From Amoebidium appalachense (taxonomy: Eukaryota > Protista > Ichthyosporea): a stretch of 64,000 nucleotides of DNA. The stretch lies in contig CAVNZM010000017.1 in NCBI GenBank assembly GCA_963693365.1, forward strand, positions 4,321,375 through 4,385,374, written 5' to 3'. The translations under genes were made by a program, and so were the position numbers. The notes under the pieces are model-generated. The model was not told the origin of the DNA and made no database searches. It saw only the letters and a program-made list of their open reading frames with translations. Below, piece by piece: positions 1 through 9,811 of the stretch; position 1 is the first letter of the stretch, and every line of letters starts with the position of its first letter.

Positions 1-385
1 ACACACGCTTTCGTTTGTGCAGCACACACACACATATACACGCACGTGTGTGTGCGCGCGCACACACACACACCCTTTCCCTCTCTCTCTCTCGCGACGT
101 TTACAGCGGCCACGCACCCACGCACCCATTTTAGGAAGAGAGATGTGTACTATTTTATACAGAACAAAGAACACAAGAATCTAATCTGATCTTCGCCAGC
201 CGACACACACATGCACGCACGCGCACACACACACACACCAACACAGCCACAAAGAAACATGTGTTCCCCTCCTCCTTCCCCCCTACACACACGCACGCTT
301 ACGATGCATGCTGTATGTGTGTTCTATAACGCATTTTAACCCCCCCCCCCCCCCCCAACACACACACACACACAAACACACACAG

Positions 386-493
386 AGGGAGGGGCCCAAC
401 CACATTGAGAACTGCAAGGACCTCGTCGACGCCTACTGGGTGGCCATCGGCAAGCGACCAAAGCAGGAGTACCCCTTTAACGGCGCCATCTAG
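386..493 (+). CDS. NDUFB10: Terminal exon, probable mitochondrial complex I accessory subunit NDUFB10
   Basis: CACAG acceptor at 385 after a CA-rich intron; exon reads REGPNHIENCKDLVDAYW...*, matching the EGxNHxxNCxxLxxxY C-terminal motif of NDUFB10; AT-rich 3' UTR follows. Confidence 0.6.
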   Translation, partial: REGPNHIENCKDLVDAYWVAIGKRPKQEYPFNGAI

Positions 494-688
494 GTGCGTT
501 TATTGTTAAATTAAAATTTAATATTAAGAACCAAAACTATTTGTGTCTAGATTTTTTTTTTTGAGCTGACAAAAGCAGAAGTACCCCTAGAACAGGGCCG
601 TCTGGGGGGGGTCTAAAATAGAATATTGAGTTTAGTATTGTGACTATGTTTGTCTAGCTTATATTGAAGGAGGATTTTAAAGCCGTGC

Positions 689-722
<34 letters not shown>

Positions 723-928
723 TTTTAAAGCCGTGCTCGGGGGGGGGGGGGAGGGGGCGGGGGAGACAAGAGAGGGGATGTTAGTATGATTCATAACGGG
801 TGGGACGGATGCAAGTGTTCGTCTTGGTAGTGGTACGAGTACGATGGGGGGATGGTTGGGTGGGTGGGTGGTGGCGGTTGGAGGGGGGGGAAGGGTTGCG
901 TGAGTTGGTGTGTGCAGTGGTGGTGGTG

Positions 929-959
<31 letters not shown>

Positions 960-1307
960 GAGGGGAAGGGAGGGGAGGGGAGGGGGGGGAAGGTTGTGTA
1001 TTTTGGGGATTTTCTCTTTGTAATATGGAGCTCTGCTTTTCCCTCGTTGATGTGTTTGACCGCTTTTGATGGGTTATATCTATGCGTAAAGCATCAAATG
1101 CACAAGGACATCTGCATGCACACACACACACAGAGAGAGAGAGAGAGATGGAGAGAGACAGATATGTCGTGCACACGCAAATATGCACGGACCACTCACA
1201 GAAGCCATGTGTACAATGAAGGAGACTCATACCCACACAAAAACACAAACACACCCGCCTCCTGGTTCATGATTGGACTCGTACTCGTCCTCCGACTCCT
1301 ACTTTTC

Positions 1308-1364
<57 letters not shown>

Positions 1365-1586
1365 CAAACAAAGAAAAAGCGGTGGTGGAGTCGTCAGCCT
1401 TGTTTGTTTTTGAAATAAACTGCTTCCGTTTTTACTGCCATTGCTTGTCTCGTGCCCCACGTCTACCCCATAGACATTCACGGCAGTCAACGCTGGGGGG
1501 AGAGGGGAGAGTTGTGTGTGTGTGTGTAGGGGGGGGGGGGGAGGTGGTGGTGGTGGGGGGAGGGGGGGGGGGTTTTGAATGCGTCA

Positions 1587-1880
1587 AAAAGTACGAAGTA
1601 CACAAGAACAAACGGATAACACGATGCAGAATGCAAGCCATACATAAAGAGGATGCAAAATAAGCAGAGCCCATCCTCAGGGGGGGCCCACGTCATCCAC
1701 AGTACCCGAGTTTCGACCTATTCCCCTCGTTAACGTAACCCAACTCAGATACTGTTTCACTTGAACATGAGTAGGTCACCCGTCTTGATCAGAGACGAGC
1801 AGGGTTGCTTATGCAGGCAAGGGCAGTGGGAAAGGCCGGGGGTTAAAGTTGCAGCAGTAAGCAGAAGCAAGAAAAATATA
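1587..1880 (-). repeat. Dispersed ~300-bp repeat, diverged copy of 63050-63360
   Basis: Reverse complement aligns by eye to 63050-63360 (shared blocks ccctgctcgtctc, catgttcaagtg, gtatctgagttggg, tgtggatgacgtgg, tgtgtacttcgtactt). Confidence 0.8.
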
Positions 1881-2118
1881 GATAGGAACTCAGGAGACGG
1901 GGCTTCTAGGAAGCTCCCCCGTCGATACCTAAGTCGATACTTCCCTGGCTAACATACTACACCAGCTGAAAAGAATTAAGTCCCGAAGGCCGCAGAATTC
2001 GCAATCAGAGGGGAAAATATGAGATTTGACCCACGTCGCAGGGTAGTAACACGCTTACTAGGGCGGAACTTTATCGTCTTCGAACGGAAAGCTATGCCCC
2101 CGGATGTCAGCCGGAAAT

Positions 2119-3148
2119 TGTTGGAGTGCAGACTTACGCTCACTCCACAATATGTGTATGTTAGCTTTACAATTGGTTCCGTGTACATAGACACATGCTG
2201 ACACTCGATCACCACATGCACATCTGCATAGTTGAGGAATGTTGCCAATTGTGTTTTGACTGCAAACGATTGGTTCACTGGTCCCAGAGATCTCTAAATG
2301 AAAGTAACCAATCCGATTAGCGCCTGGCATCCGGATTACATTCCAGACTGCTGCCCCACGGGTATATAAGCCACGTCTCTGCCAGGTGCAGACATGGAGT
2401 TGAGTCATGGAGTTCAGTCATGGAGTTCAGTCATGGAGTTAACACACTGAAAGCAGTAAAAAAAACGGGTCAGCGCCCAAGCGCGCCACGACGACCCTAG
2501 TCACAGCGGACTCTACTTCCAACAGGGTTATGGGCCCAGACACGACACCGCGGCCTCTAACTTCATTAGAGACTTTCGCTTCCACAAACTCCATCCGCAG
2601 CAGCCTGCGACATCAACGTCAAGTATTCCACTTCATTGGCGGGGCACGCACCACAGTGGAATGCACACCCCGGTCTACCCTGCAAGCAGCCACACTCACT
2701 CTCTCTTCTCTAGTGGTGTGTACACTTCTCCAATTGGGTAGGGGTGTTGGAGTGCAGACTTACGCTCACTCCACAATATGTGTATGTTAGCTTTACAATT
2801 GGTTCCGTGTACATAGACACATGCTGACACTCGATCACCACATGCACATCTGCATAGTTGAGGAATGTTGCCAATTGTGTTTTGACTGCAAACGATTGGT
2901 TCACTGGTCCCAGAGATCTCTAAATGAAAGTAACCAATCCGATTAGCGCCTGGCATCCGGATTACATTCCAGACTGCTGCCCCACGGGTATATAAGCCAC
3001 GTCTCTGCCAGGTGCAGACATGGAGTTAAGTCATGGAGTTAAGTCATGGAGTTCAGTCATGGAGTTAACACACTGAAAGCAGTAAAAAACGGGTCAGCGC
3101 CCAAGCGCGCCACGACGACCCTAGTCACAGCGGACTCTACTTCCAACA
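2119..3148 (+). mobile_element. TRIM (non-autonomous copia-type LTR element): LTRs 2119-2524 and 2745-3148, 220-bp internal region
   Basis: Near-identical ~405-bp direct repeats TGTTGG...CCAACA; PBS GGGTTATGGGCCCAG at 2525; PPT GGGTAGGGG 2736-2744; internal remnant resembling copia RNase H (DINVK/FHFI); flanks GAAAT vs GGACG give no TSD. Confidence 0.9.
2525..2539 (+). promoter_or_regulatory. Primer-binding site of the half-tRNAiMet (copia/Ty5 hemivirus) type
   Basis: GGTTATGGGCCCAG directly after the LTR, the PBS type of Drosophila copia. Confidence 0.85.
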
Positions 3149-6100
3149 GGACGACCCAGGTCCTTGGCAGAGAAACGAGCATCCAGCTTGGTGAAAAAAT
3201 CGTCGATGAGCGCATCAGTGGCGGCCGTCACGGTGAAGTCATCCACGTAGGCAGCAAGGGCAATAAATGTTGGGGTCCCGGCATTCTTGATGAACAGGCA
3301 CGGGTCAGCAGCACTCACAATGAAGCCTTGGTCGAGGAGATGGTCACGGAGGGCCTCATACCACTGGCGCGGTGCCTGTTTTAGGCCGTAGAGCGCCTTG
3401 TGGAGCAAGCCGACAGCATGGGGGGCCGAGGGGTTGACGAAGCCAGGGGGCTGCTCAATGTAGATGGTCTCGTTGACGGTGCCGTTGAGGAATGCTGTGT
3501 TGACGTCGATGTGGCGCAGAGGCAGACCTTGGGCCACGGAGGTAGCCAAAACCAGCCGGATGGTAGCCAGCGCAGCCACAGGTGACTCGGTGACGAAATA
3601 GTCCTGGCCAGGCTGCTGGTAGTTGCCCCGGGCCACAAGCCGGGCCTTGAAAGCAGTGACGTTGCCGACGTTGTCCTGCTTGACCGTAAAGACCCAGCCG
3701 ACCGGAATGACAGTGGAGCCATCCTCTGGACGGGGCACAAGGGTGAAGGTGCCGTTGTCTTCCAGGGCCTTGAGCTCACGGTGTGCAGCCTCCTCCCATT
3801 TCAGACGCTGGGGACTCTTGAGTGCAGCCCGGACAGTCTTGGGGACAACAATGGTGGAAGCCTTGATGGGTGTTGATGCAGGAGCCGTAGCCTGGGGGGC
3901 AAGGGGGGCCGTAGCAGCAGCCACGTTGGCAGTCGGGCATCGACGTTGGTCGTTGTACACAGCGCCACTACGGGTCGTCCGGGGGAGCCGATGTGCAGGC
4001 TCGGGCAGGATCGGAATGTCCAATTGATCACTCGGCGCTGTCCCATTGGCTGACAGACGAGACGAATCAGATTGCTGATCATTCCGGACGATGTGATTGG
4101 CTGGCTGATTTGACGAATCAGATGACTCCAAAAAATGATGAATTGCCGGTGCGGTCGACCAATCAGATGGGACATCACGGAGGGGGTGCAGAATAGCAGC
4201 CTCGTCGAACTGCACGTCACGGCTGACGGTCATCTTGTGTGCTGCTGGAATCCAGACCTTGTAGCCCTTGATGTTAGGAGGGTAGCCCACGAAGATGCCC
4301 TTGACGGCACGAGGCGCCAGTTTCGGTGTATCCTGTTGATGGACGTAGCAGGGAGAGCCCCAGACACGGAGCCGGCTGTAGTCGGGAGGAATGCCGGTCC
4401 ACAGCAGGGCGGGAGACGATTGGCTGCCGGTGGCTCGCGACGGGAGCATGTTGCGTATAAAAGCCGCGGTCACAGCTGCCTCGGCCCAGAATCCCACCGG
4501 AAGGCCGGACTGCTGCAGGAGTGCCCGAACCATGTCGAGGAGGGTCCGGTTCAGTCGTTCGGCAGTCCCATTCTGTTGAGGAGAGCCGGTGGTAGTGATC
4601 TGATGGCGAATGCCATGCTCACGATTGTAGTCCCCGAAGGCCGTGCCCATGTACTCGCCCCCCCGTCGGACTGAAACACCTGCATGGGAACACCGTGTTG
4701 GGTAACCGCCGCCTTGTGGTACGTCACATATGCAGCCAGTGTGTCCGACTTCTTGACGAGGGGCACGGCCGTGGTGTGGCCGGTGAATTCGTCGTGGAAC
4801 GTCGCCAAGTACTGAGCACCACCGATCGCGGGAGGGAAGGGGCCGCTGATGTCGCTGTGAACCTTGGCTAGGACCCGGGGAGCTTGGCTAGTTGATTCGG
4901 AGAAGGCAACACGGTGGGCTTTGCCGAGGGCACAGGGCTCACACACACCCGGAGACTTGGCACCGCCACCCACCAACAGGCCTGCAGACTTGATGACCGA
5001 GCGTACAGCGTCAATGCCAGCATGGCCCAGACGGTAGTGCCACGTGTTGAGGTCGGCAGTAACCTTGAGGATACGCGGAGCAGTGGTGGTTTGGGCGTCC
5101 GGGGTTGTGTCCGCGCGCAGAAGAGACACCGCCATGTGGTACAGCTTGGTGCCGACAGCCGAGCCGGTGGCCAGAATTTGATCGCCGTAGCACAACTTAA
5201 CGCCGCCGCGGGTGTCAAAGCGGGGTAAAACACCGTTGGTAGTTGCCGTGAACACACTGATGAGAGTGTCGGGGATGGAGGGCACGTAGAGTACATCCGT
5301 CAGCTGATGCACCGCAGTAACGCCGTCGATGGTGCTGGAAAAGAACACGTCGCCCACCCCAAGCACTGCACATGCACCCTTGTCGGCTACTTGGACCGTG
5401 GAGTAAGGCGCCGCACGCATGTTGATGAACACATCGGGCCGGGGGCACACATGGTCAGTGGCTCCAGAGTCGAGGAGCACCTTGTTGGTGCCACAGTCGT
5501 TGCTAGACATGAGGAAAGCCCGGGGAGCGGCAGCCCCCCCCTTGCACTGTGCCGTAGTGTGGGTAGTAGAGGCAGGGTGGTTGATGCAGGACCCAGGCGG
5601 GAGGGGACCACCCTTAGGTTTGCGGCCGTTGGCACGGTTGCCCCCCTTGCACATGGCGGTAGTGTGACTGGTAGACAGTGGGTGGTTGACGCAGGAACCC
5701 TTGGGGTAGGTGCTGCCACGGTTGTTGCCAGAGTTGCTGTGTTGGCCGTTGCCGTTGGGGCACTGAGACTTGATGTGGCCTGGTTTGCCGCAGCCGTGGC
5801 AGATGACAGGTTGAGGAGCCCGTGTGGTGAAGGCGGCCGGCCCGGAGCTGGTAGTCACACGTGCACGTGGGTGGCTGGTCTCATATGCCCGTAGCTGTTG
5901 GAGGAGGCCCATCACGGTAGGCTTGGGTGTCATCTTGTAGGCAATTACAGGCATTTCGTAGTAAGGCACCTTGCCGAGGTCGTTGGTGAGCTTGGTCAGC
6001 ACTTGAGCATCACCAATTTGTGTGCCGTAATCGGCCAGGCGCCGCACGTAGCCGCGGAGTTTCATGGCGTATTTCGTCGCGGTGTCCGTAGGTTCAGGCG

Positions 6101-6596
6101 TAGAATTCATGTACAGCCCGATAAGGTCGTACTGATTGGCCTCAGATTGCTCCAGGTAGTGGGCAGATAGGGCCGACCATATCTCCGCAGGTGTGGTGGT
6201 GCGTGTTAACCCTAGGATACAACGCACGTCAACCGAGAGTGCTTGCCACAGGTAGGAACGGGCAGTGTCGACCTGTTCACGGGTAGCCGGGTGCTCCGTA
6301 CTGGGCGCGATGGTGTGGAGAAGACCAGCACCAGAAAGCTGGACATACATGGTTTCGGCCCATGTGTGGTAGTCCGTGCCTGAATCATTATCAATGCCAG
6401 TGAAGAGAGGGATGTCGACCTTGAACTTGATGGAATCATTACGTGAGGGGCCCATAACCCTGTTGGACATTGTGTTCATAGAAGCTAGTTCTAGTGCACG
6501 TTGTTCCTTCTGTAAGTCAGAAATGATTGCATCTTGTGAGGCCAACCTCTGCTCCAGTAGTTGGACTAGTTGCTGCAACTGTAAGTTGTCAGACAT
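3149..6596 (-). pseudogene. Copia gag-pol polyprotein, one frameshift, truncated
   Basis: CCHC knuckle CHGCGKPGHIKSQC; protease LDSGATDH; WHYRLGH...CEPC; integrase VHSDISGP, PQQNGTAER; RT FKARLVARG, LYGLKQAPRQW, YVDD. Frameshift in the C7 run at 4658-4664 (one more base restores DGGGEY). Confidence 0.9.
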
Positions 6597-7225
6597 AGTG
6601 TCGTGTATGATGGGTAACTAGTCTATGTGTTTTGTGCACTGGAAACGACAGTAGAAAAGTGTAAATCAAACGTTCTGCTTCCCATGTTTGTGACATGGGA
6701 GGCACTGCTTTATATAGTCGTTGGCCACCTCATGGTGGCCTCGTGTGCACCCTGGTGGTGGGCCATGTACAGCATGGCCGAAAAGAGAGCACAATGAAAA
6801 CAAGTCGTTAAAGATATAAAAGTTAACTGTGCACGTTGAGTGGCTAGTTAACTTGCACTAAAGCACACAAATAAACGTGTTTAACACACCAATTGCAGTT
6901 AAACGTAAATCTTGCTTCACACAACTAAAAATATTCTGAGAATATCCGGGAATAAAGCACACTACCACTCTAAGAATAGAATCCTGTGGCAAATATAGAC
7001 ATGACATCATCTGAACCGGGAATATTAATTAATGAGCACAATTAGCACGTTGCTAGTGAAGCTCGTCATTGGTACAGTTTTGGCTCAAACATATAACTAC
7101 CATATATGAATATGACCGTAAACAAAAGCTCTATGCACTCGAGTGAGTGTTGAAACAGTTATTCAATTGCTCAGAAACTTTCTCTAACAGACATTGCTAG
7201 CCGGGAGTACCAGTGTACTCCAACA
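6461..7225 (-). repeat. 5' LTR of the copia element (~765 bp)
   Basis: TGTTGGAG...TCCAACA termini on the minus strand, TATATAAA near 6710, immediately followed by the PBS. Confidence 0.8.
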
Positions 7226-7299
7226 CCCCACCCCATCCCAACTTTCACGACACTCCCCTCCTACACACACGCATGGACCGGTTTTTACACGCACAACAC

Positions 7300-8511
7300 A
7301 AAACGAACAAAAACTTTGAAGAGCTTAAGTCGATCAGAGGGGTGGGTGACTCCTATGACAGACAGGTGGTTGATTCTATACCAATTTAAACATTTTTTGG
7401 CTTTGGAAACACGGGAGGAAACCATATCATTAAACATAATACCATCAGCGGACATGGGGATACCTAGATACTTATATTCCGATTCTTGCCTGATATTGGA
7501 CCCCCCCAGGGAGAGGGGGGTCTATAGGGGCGCGATGAATGACAGCACATTTATGGATATTCAAACACATCGTTTCGAACACACCAATCCTTAACCAAAT
7601 CTAGTTGTGCAGCAGCCTCAGCCCGAGATTGAGCCAATAAAACACCATCATCTGCATAAAATAACGCGGCTGGGAGACCACGATGAGCTAAACCCCGACC
7701 CTCATCAGTGCATAGCTGCTTAACCCTAAGACGCTGCGTGAGGAATTGCGCGGGGGTATAAATGGGTAATTCGACGGTAAACTGCAAGGGGATGTGGTCT
7801 TGAGTGGCATGCCGTGACGTTGCGAACCACACGTTGGGATCACGGATTTGTGGCCAGTACCCCAGTCCGTGTTGTGCTGCTGTTGGAACACAAAAGGTAG
7901 CGTGAAGTGTCCGACCGCACGTAGCATATTAAGGATCGGTGTCCGCGGGTGGTTCACATGTAGGCCGGAGGGACCGTACCCATTAGGCGCCATGCTTTCA
8001 AGCCGGTTTAGCCGCACGTTGAAATCCCCCAAAATAACATCCGAGCGCGGTAGTTGCGCGATAATCGCCGCCACATTATCCGCCGGCGGGTCGAGCTGGG
8101 GGCGCAAATAAACAAGCGAAAACGTGGAATCGCGGAACTGCACCGTGACGGAATGGACCGGCGAACTATGGATCACTGCGCAGTCGACTGCCAACGGGGC
8201 GGCGCATAGGATACTGATGCCGCTGTGTTGGGGGTCAGGAGGGGCGACAGATGAACCAATTAACGAAAAGTGGGGCGATGTGGATAACAAATTTGTATTC
8301 TGAAACCATGTTTCTACCAAAACCACAAACAGAAAAACGACCGGGTCTAAGGATAAAATCAAGCTGGCCTGCTCGGGCCGAGGCTGTGCACATTCCATAG
8401 AAAAAAATTAGTTGTGGTCATGATTCATGCCCTCAGTTAAACCACCGTCGGGGGCAGGGGCGGGGCGGTTGAGGCGGGGTGATACTGGTGGTGTCTGGCG
8501 TCGGCGGAAAT

Positions 8512-8549
<38 letters not shown>

Positions 8550-9043
8550 GGGGGCGGGGGGGGGGGGGGGGGGGGGGGGGGAAGAAACAGTATCCGGGGC
8601 CCGGGCCCCTGACAAATTCCGCACTTAGGGTTGGCGGTCCGTCTGTTGCCCGAGGAGGTAAATCCCGGGGGCAGTTTCCGGTGTGAATGCCGGAGCACCC
8701 GCAGTCTGGCGTGGGATCCAATACTGCCGTGTGACCCGCTGGTACTGCCGCTGCCACCACGCCATGATACCCTCCGAGGGCGTTAGCTTGGGTTGGAATA
8801 GGAAATCACGTGCGTAAGGGTACTCACGCGCAAACTTTAGTTCACCACATCACGTTCCCAGTACGTACACACTTGCTGTAGGTTGGCCGTGACGCGTTGG
8901 ACATAGGATGCGGTGGCCTGGTCGGCTGCGACGGAGGAGTCACCTAGGCCAGGTTGGAGGGGAAGTTGCGCCTGGAATTCTTGTTCCGAAAGCACAGTCT
9001 GTCCGTGGGCCTTAAGGATGGCCACCGTGTCGTCGTAGGCGTC
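7300..9043 (-). mobile_element. Degenerate, internally deleted APE-RT LINE (ORF1 C-terminus + ORF2 fragments)
   Basis: APE motifs VLVETW and ILGDFNVR (7688-8398); RT FYADDGVLL, EYKYLGIP, RLKLFKVFVR; ORF1-like CGCSGIHTGNC; most RT domains deleted. Confidence 0.8.
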
Positions 9044-9811
9044 TGTCATGTGCTGAGCTGATTCGTATTAGTTTGCTTCTATATTTCGTGTTTTGGTGAG
9101 TGAATTTCGGGGGTTTTCTTGCATAGTGATGCCGGGGTCTAAGTGGGGTATTAGGAGATTAATCAGTGGTATGGGGAGAACCTGATGCAGCGGCGGCTGA
9201 TTGTTTGGTGCGCGCGTGCATGCCCCATGCCTCTGCGTACTCTGCATGTTATATGTTGTATTGCTTCTTGCTGTGTGCTTGGCGAGACCCATGTTGCCTG
9301 CTCGCGTGTGTGTATGCTTATATGTATTGTGAGTAAAGGTGTGTACGTGTTGTAGTGCTGTAGGGGTGTCTCAGGTGGCGGTAGCCAATGGTGTGGAGTG
9401 CGTGTAGTCTGTGGGGGAGGGAGTGTTGTGATTGGCTGAATGTCACTGTGGTATTTGTCTGGCCAGTGGGCCGCGTGTCTGTGAAGTGTCTCGCGGGGTC
9501 GCGGGCTTTTCGAAGTTCTTCTCAGGACTCGTTTTCTCGCTTCCCACCCAACTCAAAGAAAAGTTTATACGTATACACGGTTTCGAGCCCCTTTAAGCGT
9601 GCAGATAGTTAGAGTAGTTTGTATACACACTGTTTGTTGCCACGACAAGCTACACCCCCTTTCTCTGCAGTTTTTTGCAGGGAGGGGGCACACGCACTGT
9701 TAGTCCTTCTGGGCTGTTGCTTTCACCCCTAGTTTTTTTTTTTCTCTTCACGCCTAGCGGTTATGAGTGGCTTTGACTTAGGACTTTTTCGACAGTTAGA
9801 GGTAGAAGAAA

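Larger units (their letters stand above)
3149..7225 (-). mobile_element. Ty1/copia LTR retrotransposon, 3'-truncated within RT
   Basis: 5' LTR 6461-7225, PBS GGGTTATGGGCCC at 6448-6460 (minus strand), gag-PR-INT-RT order; RNase H and 3' LTR missing beyond the TRIM. Confidence 0.92.

Noticed and set aside
4658-4664. Programmed frameshift in copia pol
   Set aside because: Lies inside the integrase core in a homopolymer; best explained by a 1-bp deletion or sequencing error
9355-9372. Tf1-type self-priming site for the Gag-only element
   Set aside because: Only 8 nt match the PBS region and not the LTR-proximal AGCT; disfavoured, though not excluded without TSS mapping
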